The position numbers and the translations under genes are program-made. From Chloroflexota bacterium (lineage in GTDB: Bacteria > Chloroflexota > Dehalococcoidia > GIF9 > UBA5629): DNA of 64,000 bases. Below, piece by piece: positions 43,873 through 52,639 of this stretch. Each line of letters begins with the position of its first letter. Position 1 is the first letter of the stretch. Where the stretch lies: assembly GCA_016875925.1 (NCBI GenBank), contig VGOO01000002.1, positions 4,431-68,430 of the forward strand, written 5' to 3'. The notes under the pieces are model-generated. The model was not told the DNA's origin and searched no databases. It worked only from the letters and a program-made list of their open reading frames with translations.

Positions 43873-45222
43873 CTAAGGCTGCGCCGGGAGGCGATTCTTG
43901 CTGTGAAAATAATCTATGGCTTCAGCTACAACGAACAAGGAGCCCGTGACCAGGATAAGGTCGGCTTTGTCTGACCTGGAAAGGGATTGGGATAGGGCTT
44001 TGTTGACGGTTCTGGCCGTGTTTGGATTTACACCTTGTTTGGTGAATTCTTGTACCACCAATGCGGATACAGCAGCCCGTGGGTGGGTGGAAGTGGTAAC
44101 GGTTACGTGGTCGGCTATGCGCTTTAGCTCTGAGACCATCCCTTGAGTGTCCTTATCGCAAGATGTGCCGAAGACAACGTGGCATTTCCCAAAGCTAAAG
44201 CAGTCTTTTATAGCTTCTGCTAGCCTTTTCATAGAGTGAGCGTTGTGGGCTCCGTCTACCACCACAGTTGGCTCATGTTGCAGGATTTGCAGCCTGCCTG
44301 GCCAGCTTACCTGTCTAAAACCTTTAGTGATGGCTACGGCTGGGATGCTCATTCCTAGCTCGCAGAGCGCCTCAAGAGCAGCTACGGCTGTAGCTGCATT
44401 TTCCATCTGGTGTGCGCCTATTAGAGGAATGGTCAGTTCATATTTCCCATTTCTGCCAAAAACCGTTAGCGATTGGCATTTCAAGTTGCATCCCGTGCTA
44501 TTCCAGGTTACGTCTTTGCCTACTTGAATCAGTTTTGCCCTTTGCTGTCGGCAGGTTCGCTTGATTATTTTGGCTGCCTCTTCAGTTTGAGGTGAGCTGA
44601 CAACAATGCAGCCGGACTTGATGATGCCTGCTTTCTCAGCTGCTATCTGGGCTATGGTGTTTCCTAGGACCTCAGTATGGTCCAGGCTAAGTGAGGTGAT
44701 GATACAGACATCACCCTTTGCCACGTTGGTGGCATCCAGGCGTCCTCCCAAGCCGACCTCTAGCACCTGGAAGTCAACGCGGTTTTTCTTGAAATAGGCA
44801 AAGACCAGTGCGGTCAGAATTTCGAAAGTGGTCAATTGGCCGAAGGCGGCCTCGTGATTTATCCTGTCAACTATCGGCTGAAGCTCTGTGGTGAAGGCGG
44901 CGAAGTCTGCCTCGGATATCAAGCGGCTATTTATTCTGACGCGTTCTCTAATGGTATGGAGATGGGGCGAGGTGAATAATCCTGTCTTGTAGCCTGAAGC
45001 TATGAGTGCCTGGGCAACCATGGCTGCGGTGCTGCCTTTTCCTTTGGTACCGGCGATGTGAACGGTTTTTGTCCCCAGGTGGGGGTTGCCTAAAGGTTGT
45101 AGTAGCTTTTCCATTCGCCGCAGGTCATAGTTGGCTGCAGTGTAGGCGATACCTGGAATCTTCTCGTAGTCGGTGAAGCTCAGGATGTAGTCTTGGGCCT
45201 GGCGGTAATTCATTTGAGTCAC
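43873..45222 (-). CDS. folC: Folylpolyglutamate synthase / dihydrofolate synthase
   Basis: HIAGTKGKGST (Mur-ligase P-loop), ..LEVGLGGRLDATN.., and DGAHN. Confidence 0.9.
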   Translation of the reverse strand: MTQMNYRQAQDYILSFTDYEKIPGIAYTAANYDLRRMEKLLQPLGNPHLGTKTVHIAGTKGKGSTAAMVAQALIASGYKTGLFTSPHLHTIRERVRINSRLISEADFAAFTTELQPIVDRINHEAAFGQLTTFEILTALVFAYFKKNRVDFQVLEVGLGGRLDATNVAKGDVCIITSLSLDHTEVLGNTIAQIAAEKAGIIKSGCIVVSSPQTEEAAKIIKRTCRQQRAKLIQVGKDVTWNSTGCNLKCQSLTVFGRNGKYELTIPLIGAHQMENAATAVAALEALCELGMSIPAVAITKGFRQVSWPGRLQILQHEPTVVVDGAHNAHSMKRLAEAIKDCFSFGKCHVVFGTSCDKDTQGMVSELKRIADHVTVTTSTHPRAAVSALVVQEFTKQGVNPNTARTVNKALSQSLSRSDKADLILVTGSLFVVAEAIDYFHSKNRLPAQP

Positions 45223-45302
45223 TATTATAGCATCGGTGCCTTGGGCTTATGTAGCACAAGGGCTTGGTTATCTTGGCTTCATAGTATATAATCCTACTGA
45301 AG

Positions 45303-46109
45303 ATGACCTTCGTTGACAAGCTGCTGGCTGCCAGCAGGAAGAACAAGAGCCTGCTCTGTATTGGGCTTGACCCTGACCCCCAGCTTATGCCCAAGGTAAG
45401 CCTTATTGATTTCAACAAAGCGATCATCGATGCTACTGCTGACATGGTCTGTGCTTACAAGCCCAACCTGGCTTTTTACGAGGCATTGGGTATTGATGGC
45501 ATCAAGGCTTTGCACAAAACGGTTGAGCATGTACCGAGCCATATCCCTATAATCGGTGATGGCAAGCGAGGCGATATCGGAAATACAGCTAAAGCCTATG
45601 CCCAGGCATTGTTTGAGGTTTTTGATTTTGATGCGGCAACTGTCAACCCTTATCTTGGATTTGACTCTATCGAGCCTTTCATCGTGTATGTAGACAAGGG
45701 GGTTTTCTTGCTGTGTCGGACTTCAAATCGCGGGGCAACAGATTTTCAGAGTATTGCTGATGCCGACGGCATCCCGCTATACGAAAGCGTGGCGCGCAAG
45801 GCGGAAGAGTGGAATGTGAAAGGCAATATTGGCCTGGTGGTAGGGGCTACCTATCCTGAAGAGTTGAAGCAGGTGCGCAAGCTATGCCCAGAGATGCCGC
45901 TGCTTATTCCCGGGATAGGAGCACAGAGTGGTGATCTGGCCGCGGCGGTGGGATATGGGGTCAATTGTAAAGGGGAGAAGGCTATTATAGCCGTCTCGCG
46001 GCAGATCCTATATGCCTCGCAAGGTAAAGACTTTGCCGAAGGCGCACGGCGTATCGCTCAAGAGCTACGTGACAAAATTAACGATTTAGCAAGGCGAGCT
46101 GTTCACTAG
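45303..46109 (+). CDS. pyrF: Orotidine-5'-phosphate decarboxylase (type 2)
   Basis: LLCIGLDPD, ..YKPNLAFYE.., IIGDGKRGDIGNT and LCRTSN. Confidence 0.9.
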   Translation: MTFVDKLLAASRKNKSLLCIGLDPDPQLMPKVSLIDFNKAIIDATADMVCAYKPNLAFYEALGIDGIKALHKTVEHVPSHIPIIGDGKRGDIGNTAKAYAQALFEVFDFDAATVNPYLGFDSIEPFIVYVDKGVFLLCRTSNRGATDFQSIADADGIPLYESVARKAEEWNVKGNIGLVVGATYPEELKQVRKLCPEMPLLIPGIGAQSGDLAAAVGYGVNCKGEKAIIAVSRQILYASQGKDFAEGARRIAQELRDKINDLARRAVH

Positions 46110-46119
46110 CGTTGTCCAG

Positions 46120-46329
46120 ATGGAAATTAGAATTGGCGATATAGTTCGCCTACGCAAGAAACATCCGTGTGGGGGTGACCAGTGGCAGGTATTGTCGTTT
46201 GGTGTTGATGTCAAAATCAAGTGCTTTACTTGTCAGCGACTGGTTCTCCTGGACAGGGGAGTCTTCGAGCGGCGCGTCAAGGATGCTGTTTTGAGGGGTG
46301 ATGCTTCCGCCAGTCCTGCGGCTGATTGA
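46120..46329 (+). CDS. DUF951-family small protein
   Basis: IGDIVRLRKKHPCGGDQWQVLSFGVDVKIKCFTCQRLVLLDRGVFERRVK. Confidence 0.7.
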   Translation: MEIRIGDIVRLRKKHPCGGDQWQVLSFGVDVKIKCFTCQRLVLLDRGVFERRVKDAVLRGDASASPAAD

Positions 46330-46627
46330 TGGTCTGTACCTAAATATGCGTATTTCTTGATTTCAATGGTTTTCCTTTTTAGGGCATGTCTTGACAAAAA
46401 AGCAGATTCTGTATAGTCTTAAACTAATAGAACTTCCCAGTTATCCTCGCTGAATTTCCAGATGGCTTAGAGGCAATGTGGGGGGATAATAGCATCTTTT
46501 TGGTGAATGTCAGCTATTTTTGTTTTGTCACTCTAAGTTCTGTTAGTTGTTTGTACTGTTTCTTCAGATGGCGAAATAGAGGTCAAGAGGCAGTTGCAGA
46601 ATAGGCAAAGTGAGGTAGTACGGGCGG

Positions 46628-47818
46628 ATGAAAGCGGTACAACGCTATAAAATACTGTATGACATAGCGCAGAAGCTGAACTCCGATTTGGCATCGGAAG
46701 CAGTGCTACATACCATCGTGGAGAATATGTGCGCTGCAGCAGGAGCTAAGGGCTGTTCTTTGATGTTGATGGCGCCTGATCGGCAGCAGTTGATTCATAC
46801 CGTGGCCCACGGGCTGAGCGACTGGTACGTTCGTAAGGGGCCGGTCAGGGTGGATGACGCTATTGCACAGTCACTTGCTGGCAAGCCTGTGGCTATTCTT
46901 GACGCAACCACAGACCCTCGTGTTCAGTACCGGGAGCAAGCGAAGAAGGAAGGTATAGTGTCAATACTCTCCTTGCCTTTGATGCGACGCGGTAAGGTAA
47001 TTGGGCTGGTGCGTATCTATACTGCGGAGCCGCGTAGATTTACTGCTGGTGACGTGGAGTTTTTCAGTGCTTTAGCTGACCTGGGTGCTGTGGCGTTAGA
47101 GAGGGTTGAATTGTTGGAGGATGAAAAGAAGCAGTTTCTTCGCTTTGTCAGTACGGCTGCTCATGACCTTAAAGCCCCTCTTGCCGCCATACAGAGTTTT
47201 CTGGGAGTAATGCTTGCTGGCTATGCGGGAGAGCTGAACGAGAAACAGAAGCATATGATGCAGAGGGCTAGCCAGAGAATTGCGGAGTTGCTTAACCTTA
47301 TCAGTAATCTCCTGGATATTCCACGCATTGAGATGGGGCAGATAGTCCACGAGATGACCGAAGTCTCGCTGGCACAGGTGATTGAGAGTTTTGCCGAGGA
47401 AGCTTCCAGCCTGGCGAAACAGAAAGGACTACTGTTTTCTTTGCAGGTTTCCCCAGACTTGCCCTGTGTGTACGGTTCTCAACCCAGGCTGCAGCAGGTT
47501 GTAACCAACCTAGTTAACAATGCCGTTAACTACACCGCCGAAGGCGAAGTGGAGATAAGGGCGATGGCTATTGACAGTGAAGTGCTGGTGGAAGTTGTTG
47601 ATACAGGCTGTGGCATTCCACAAGATGACTTGCCCAAGGTGTTTCAGGATTTCTTCCGTGGCAGCAACGTAGAATACAAAGGGACAGGTCTGGGACTTTC
47701 TATCTGCCGAAGAATTGTGGAGGCGCACGGTGGCAGGATATGGGCAGAGAGCCCTTGCCTGGAGACAGGCAAAGGCAGTAAATTTTGCTTTACTATTCCC
47801 AGGAAGGTGAAGGTATAG
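46628..47818 (+). CDS. GAF-domain sensor histidine kinase
   Basis: GAF-like N-terminal half. H-box FVSTAAHDLKAPL. N/G boxes LVNNAVNYT and DTGCGIP..GTGLGLSI. Confidence 0.9.
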   Translation: MKAVQRYKILYDIAQKLNSDLASEAVLHTIVENMCAAAGAKGCSLMLMAPDRQQLIHTVAHGLSDWYVRKGPVRVDDAIAQSLAGKPVAILDATTDPRVQYREQAKKEGIVSILSLPLMRRGKVIGLVRIYTAEPRRFTAGDVEFFSALADLGAVALERVELLEDEKKQFLRFVSTAAHDLKAPLAAIQSFLGVMLAGYAGELNEKQKHMMQRASQRIAELLNLISNLLDIPRIEMGQIVHEMTEVSLAQVIESFAEEASSLAKQKGLLFSLQVSPDLPCVYGSQPRLQQVVTNLVNNAVNYTAEGEVEIRAMAIDSEVLVEVVDTGCGIPQDDLPKVFQDFFRGSNVEYKGTGLGLSICRRIVEAHGGRIWAESPCLETGKGSKFCFTIPRKVKV

Positions 47819-47899
47819 GTGTAGCATCATAAAGGCTGTGTATTGTTTTTCAAAATAGTATTTGGATGTCTGATATAATCTTGTTAGGTAGCAACGGAA

Positions 47900-48304
47900 A
47901 TGGGTACAAAGAAGATATTAGTAGCCGATGACGACCCTGATATCCTTGATGTGGTCGGCATGATACTCGAAACTCAAGGGTATACGGTTATACTTGCTCA
48001 TGGTGGGGTGGAGTGTCTGGATAAGCTCCGCGCTGAGAAGCCAGACCTGATGATACTCGACCTTCTTATGCCCAAGATGGATGGCTTTGCGGTGTACAAA
48101 GAGCTTCAATTGCCTTCTTGGTCCGAGTATCGGGGCGTGCCTATCATCATACTGAGTTCGGTGCGCGAAGAAGCCAGTCGCCGTCGTTACGAGTTGGAAA
48201 CAGGCAGAAAACTCAGTCCCGACGAGTATCTGGAGAAGCCGGTTATGCCGGATGTCTTGCTCAGCAGGGTAGAGAAGGTACTTGAGCGCAAGCAACAGGT
48301 TTAA
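47900..48304 (+). CDS. Stand-alone response-regulator receiver protein
   Basis: KILVADDDPD..PDLMILDLLMPKMDG..EKP. No output domain. Confidence 0.9.
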   Translation: MGTKKILVADDDPDILDVVGMILETQGYTVILAHGGVECLDKLRAEKPDLMILDLLMPKMDGFAVYKELQLPSWSEYRGVPIIILSSVREEASRRRYELETGRKLSPDEYLEKPVMPDVLLSRVEKVLERKQQV

Positions 48305-48331
48305 GAGAAAAGATATCGAGGAGGTGATGAA

Positions 48332-48721
48332 ATGACACAGAAGGCCAAGGTGCTACTTGTCGATGACGATAAAGACTTCGTCGAGGCGACCAAGATGGTT
48401 TTGGAGAGCAAGCCTTATGAAGTCCTTGTTGCCTATAATGGTGACGAGGGCCTAGTGAAGGCGCGGAAAGAGAAACCCGACCTGATTATTCTAGACATTA
48501 TCATGCCGGTCAAGGACGGCTTCACTGCCGCTGAGCAGTTTAAGAAAGACCCGGAGCTTAAGAAGATACCTATCATAATGCTGACCAGTTTTGCTCAAAA
48601 GGTTGGCGAAACTTCTCTTAGCATGAGCCAAGGCCTGACGCTGGATACTGAGGACTATGTAGATAAGCCGGTATCACCGGAGGAGTTGCTGAAAAGGGTA
48701 GAGAGACTGCTAAAAAAATAG
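48332..48721 (+). CDS. Stand-alone response-regulator receiver protein
   Basis: KVLLVDDDKD..PDLIILDIIMPVKDG..DKP. No output domain. Confidence 0.9.
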   Translation: MTQKAKVLLVDDDKDFVEATKMVLESKPYEVLVAYNGDEGLVKARKEKPDLIILDIIMPVKDGFTAAEQFKKDPELKKIPIIMLTSFAQKVGETSLSMSQGLTLDTEDYVDKPVSPEELLKRVERLLKK

Positions 48722-48728
48722 CCTTGGC

Positions 48729-49265
48729 CTAGCGGTGGGTTTCTCTTGTTTTGTCCTCATTAGCGAACCGGCGGCGAAGGTCCCTGAATCTGGCACCGAT
48801 TACGCGTACCAGTCCTTTCATGACCTCGTAGCCAATGGCCGGATTGCAATCGAGCAGTCCGACTAGCTCTGTGCCAGACACGATTAGCACGGTTGATGGT
48901 TTGATGCATAATGCGGACATGGTCAGAGAGTGTGGGGCTACTAAGGAGGACCAGCCAAAAATGTCTCCGGTGGTGACGGTATCCACCGGCACGTCTTTTA
49001 TGCTATCCGGGGGATCATCTGTCTGGATAGTTACCAGGAGACTTATTTCACCCTCTTCGAGGACATAAAAGCAATTAGCTGTGGCGTCCTGGCGGAAAAC
49101 GTAATCACCTGGTTTGTAGGTATTTCTTTGCCATGAAGACAAGCTGGCTATTTTTTGTACGTCACTATCGTCAAGGCCTACGAAGACCTCACATCTTTTT
49201 AAGACAGGGGCAACGTTTATCATGTTATGGCTATGGTATGGCTCTAAAAAGGATGATTGATTCAT
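48729..49265 (-). CDS. Cyclic-nucleotide-binding domain protein
   Basis: YKPGDYVFRQDATANCFYVLEEGEISL..GDIFGWSSLV has the cNMP beta-roll pattern. Confidence 0.75.
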   Translation of the reverse strand: MNQSSFLEPYHSHNMINVAPVLKRCEVFVGLDDSDVQKIASLSSWQRNTYKPGDYVFRQDATANCFYVLEEGEISLLVTIQTDDPPDSIKDVPVDTVTTGDIFGWSSLVAPHSLTMSALCIKPSTVLIVSGTELVGLLDCNPAIGYEVMKGLVRVIGARFRDLRRRFANEDKTRETHR

Positions 49266-49339
49266 TATACCCAGACCTGGCTATGGGGTAAAGCTGACTT
49301 GGTGCGAAGAGGTGCGAGAGATTGGGCGTGGAGAGACCT

Positions 49340-49368
49340 TTGACAGGTGATAAATGTTGTAGTAAACT
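49340..49368 (+). promoter_or_regulatory. Candidate sigma-70-type promoter (TTGACA-17 nt-TAAACT) upstream of the fdhA-like operon
   Basis: ttgaca at 49340-49345, a 17-nt spacer, taaact at 49363-49368, about 170 nt upstream of the TTG start at 49539. Confidence 0.4.
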
Positions 49369-49538
49369 GTGTGGTCAATTGGGAGGTAGAGGCAGCAACC
49401 ACTACAAAAACATCTCTATTTCTTCCTTGAGGGTGCTGTTGTAAATCCTTCTTTGTTTTGCGTTTAGCACGTAATAGCACTGTGGTGGGGGTGATATCAG
49501 GAGGCCGAACGGAAAATCGTTAATGTGGGAGGGCGGAA

Positions 49539-52157
49539 TTGGAGACTGTTACCATCACCCTTAATGGGCGAGAGGTAAGTGGTCAACAGGGAATGACTAT
49601 CCTGGACCTGGCCAAGGAATCTGGCCTGGTTATTCCTACGTTGTGCCATGACCCAAATCTTGCCTCCTACGGCGCCTGTCGTATTTGCATTGTGGAAGAT
49701 GAACGTTCAGGCGCTTTGATGGCATCCTGTGTTACGCCGATAGCCCCCGGGATGGTAATCAATACCCAGTCTCCGCGGGTGCTGGAACGCCGTGCTATCC
49801 TCGTTGAGCTCATGCTGGCCAGTCATCCTGACTCCTGTCTGGTATGCGATAAAGGCAACCGTTGCCAACTGCGCAATATAGCCTCTGGCCTCGGTGTAGG
49901 GCTAGTCAGGCTGCAGAGGATTCCCCAATTTGCCAGCATTGAAGAAGTCAATCCTTTCATCGAAAGGGATTTAAGCAAGTGTATCCTCTGTGCCAAGTGT
50001 ATACGTGCCTGTGAAGACCTGGTATGTGAGGGAGCTCTAGACTATCTCGGTCGTGGCTTTGCCTCAAAACCTGCTACATTAGGCGACCAGCCATTAGAAA
50101 AGTCCGAGTGCACTTTCTGTGGCACGTGTGTGGCGATGTGTCCCACCGGCGCTATTATGGAGAAGGAGAAGAGCTACAGGGGCACCAGTGCCACACGGGT
50201 GCGTACGGTCTGTCCTGCTTGTAGCTGTGGTTGTGGGATCTCTTTTGATGTGAATGGTGAGCGTCTGGTGCGTGCTGTGCCTGATGAAGATAGCCCCATA
50301 AATAAAGGCACGCTTTGTATCAGAGGAAGCTATGGCTATGATTTCGTTCATAGTCCGGAGAGGCTGACCACTCCACTGGTTAAAGTCAACGGTAACTTTG
50401 AGGTTGTATCATGGGAAGAGGCTTTGAGGCTGGTGGCGGATGGGTTCAAGCGAATTAAAGAGACCGGCGGCCCCGGTAGCCTGGCGGTTTTCGGCTCTTC
50501 TAAGTGTACTAATGAGGATAATTATTTATTGCAGCGGTTTGCCCGCTGCGTGCTGGGGACAAACAATATAGACAACGGTAGCCGACTGGATGGGTTTACC
50601 AGCTTTGTTGGCAGCACCAAGCCGATTGGTGATATAGAAGAGTCACAGGTCATCCTGGTCATCGGGACTGACCCCGCTTCTTCAGCCCCTTTGGTAGGCT
50701 ATGCCATAAGGCGCGCTGTTAGACAAAAAGGCGCCAGGTTGCTTGTTGTAGGCCCTTGCCAGACAGTGCTTAATTCCTGGGCACATCTGCGGCTGCAACC
50801 TAGGGCTGGCACTGATGTGGCTCTGGTAAACGGAATGGTCAAGACCATCATCGAAGAGAAGCTGTTTGACAAAGATAGCGTAATAAAGCGAGTGGACAAT
50901 TTCGAGGCATTGGCCAAGGCGTTACAGGATTTCACTGCGGAGAATACTGAAGATGTTACGGGTGTAAGTTGGGGCGATATAGTCCAGGCTGCAAAAATAT
51001 TTGCTGGAGCTAGAAAGGCATCTATTGTATATGACAATGGGATTGGTCAGCAGGGCAATGTGATGGCTGCCTTGACAAATTTAGCCTTGTTGACAGATAT
51101 GGGTGATGGTGCTCGATGCTTATATATGCTTCGGCGAGATAGCAATGGGCAAGGCGCTTGTGATATGGGGAGTCTGCCCGATTGTCTTCCTGGCTATCAG
51201 TCCTTGACAGATGCCATGATAAGGGAAAAGTTCGAAGCTCGCTGGGGATGCCGGCTGCCGACCGAAGCTGGCCTGGCTGCTTTTGAAATGGTTAAGGCGG
51301 CAGAGGCGGGCAGCATCAGGGGCATGTATATAGTTGGAGAGAACCCGGCAGTTAGCTTCCCCAATTCTGATGTGGTAAGACAGGCGCTTGAATCGTTAGA
51401 TTTCCTGGTGGTACAGGATATGTTCCTAACCAAGACTGCCAAGTTGGCAAAAGTAGTTCTGCCTGCAGCTAGCTTTGTTGAAAAAGAGGGGACATTTACC
51501 AACTTTGAGGGCAGAGTGCAGCGGCTCAGAAAAGCCTTTAACCCATTAGGTGATAGTTTGCCAGACTGGGAGATCGTACTTCGGCTGGCTAATAAAATGG
51601 ACTATCCCATGGCTTATCTTGCTCCTAAGGAGGTCATGGATGAGATAGCGGAGTTGGTTCCTTTGTATAGTGGCGTGAGCTATACAAGGCTCGATGTTAA
51701 AGGCCCGCGGGATGTGCGTGTCAATTACAGGCAGTCTGAACATAAGCAGTTTTTGTTGTTAGAGCAAGTTCCACAGCCTATCGAGTCAGGCGATGTTTTT
51801 CCCTTCACGCTTTTAGTGGGAAACGTGCTTTACCAGTTTGGAACAGGCACCCGAAGCTCCAGGTCGGCTCGATTGAAGAAATTCGTGCCTGAGGCGTTTG
51901 TGGAGATTAATCCGGCTGATGCCAGGAAACTAAAGGTCAAAGATGGCAATAAGGTCAGAGTGTCGTCTCTCGTAGGTCAAGTGACTGTAGCAGCCAGAAT
52001 AACAGAGTCGGTGGGCAAGGGTAGTTTGTTCATGCCAGCTTCTTGGCCGGAGTCTCCCGTATTTGGTCTATTCGATTTTGTTACAGACAACCAAACAAGG
52101 ACTTTGGCTGTGAAGTCATGTTCAGTGAAACTAGAGAGGGTAAGTGCTGATGGCTAA
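49539..52157 (+). CDS. NuoG/FdhA-like Fe-S molybdopterin-oxidoreductase-fold subunit lacking the formate-dehydrogenase catalytic Sec/Cys-His
   Basis: 2Fe-2S N-terminus (CHDPNLASYGACRIC). 4Fe-4S motifs CILCAKCIRAC and CTFCGTCVAMCP. MopB cluster CPACSCGC..LCIRG. The active-site region reads GTNNIDNGSRLDGFTSF instead of ..CARxU/CHxPS... TTG start after gggaggg. Confidence 0.85.
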   Translation: METVTITLNGREVSGQQGMTILDLAKESGLVIPTLCHDPNLASYGACRICIVEDERSGALMASCVTPIAPGMVINTQSPRVLERRAILVELMLASHPDSCLVCDKGNRCQLRNIASGLGVGLVRLQRIPQFASIEEVNPFIERDLSKCILCAKCIRACEDLVCEGALDYLGRGFASKPATLGDQPLEKSECTFCGTCVAMCPTGAIMEKEKSYRGTSATRVRTVCPACSCGCGISFDVNGERLVRAVPDEDSPINKGTLCIRGSYGYDFVHSPERLTTPLVKVNGNFEVVSWEEALRLVADGFKRIKETGGPGSLAVFGSSKCTNEDNYLLQRFARCVLGTNNIDNGSRLDGFTSFVGSTKPIGDIEESQVILVIGTDPASSAPLVGYAIRRAVRQKGARLLVVGPCQTVLNSWAHLRLQPRAGTDVALVNGMVKTIIEEKLFDKDSVIKRVDNFEALAKALQDFTAENTEDVTGVSWGDIVQAAKIFAGARKASIVYDNGIGQQGNVMAALTNLALLTDMGDGARCLYMLRRDSNGQGACDMGSLPDCLPGYQSLTDAMIREKFEARWGCRLPTEAGLAAFEMVKAAEAGSIRGMYIVGENPAVSFPNSDVVRQALESLDFLVVQDMFLTKTAKLAKVVLPAASFVEKEGTFTNFEGRVQRLRKAFNPLGDSLPDWEIVLRLANKMDYPMAYLAPKEVMDEIAELVPLYSGVSYTRLDVKGPRDVRVNYRQSEHKQFLLLEQVPQPIESGDVFPFTLLVGNVLYQFGTGTRSSRSARLKKFVPEAFVEINPADARKLKVKDGNKVRVSSLVGQVTVAARITESVGKGSLFMPASWPESPVFGLFDFVTDNQTRTLAVKSCSVKLERVSADG

Positions 52158-52638
52158 GTCGGCAAAGAAACAAGGTGTTGACCTGGGGCGAATAGATGAG
52201 CTGATAAAAGAATGCCTGCGGCAAAAGTGGGCTCTGATTCCTCTGCTTCAGAGGATACAGGGAGAGTTTGGTTATATACCACCAGAGGCTACATTGCGCA
52301 TAGCCAATGCTTTGGGGTTGTATCCTGTGCAGGTGCAGGGTGTGATTTCCTTTTATTCTCAGCTCTATACAAAACCACAGGGAAGGAACGTGGTCAGAGT
52401 GTGTCGGGGTACTGCCTGTCATGTGCGTGGAGGCAAGACTATCCTTAAGCTGGTGAAGCAGTATCTGGGGATTGAGGAGGGAGAAACCACGCCTGATTAT
52501 GAATATACACTGGAGACGGTCGCCTGCATTGGCGTGTGTGCTCTGGCGCCGAATCTGGTTATCGGTACCACCACCTATGGGCATGTGAATCCCAGGAAAG
52601 TGGCTCAGATATTTGAGGGTAGGAAGGGTGGGGAATAG
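52144..52638 (+). CDS. NuoE/HydC-like 2Fe-2S thioredoxin-fold subunit
   Basis: LIPLLQRIQGEFGYIP.., VRVCRGTACHVRGG and ETVACIGVCALAP. It overlaps the upstream stop. Confidence 0.9.
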   Translation: MLMAKSAKKQGVDLGRIDELIKECLRQKWALIPLLQRIQGEFGYIPPEATLRIANALGLYPVQVQGVISFYSQLYTKPQGRNVVRVCRGTACHVRGGKTILKLVKQYLGIEEGETTPDYEYTLETVACIGVCALAPNLVIGTTTYGHVNPRKVAQIFEGRKGGE

Positions 52639-52639
52639 C

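Noticed and set aside
49539-52157. Selenocysteine-containing formate dehydrogenase
   Set aside because: The ORF is uninterrupted, there is no in-frame TGA, and the active-site motif is replaced by a non-Cys sequence.
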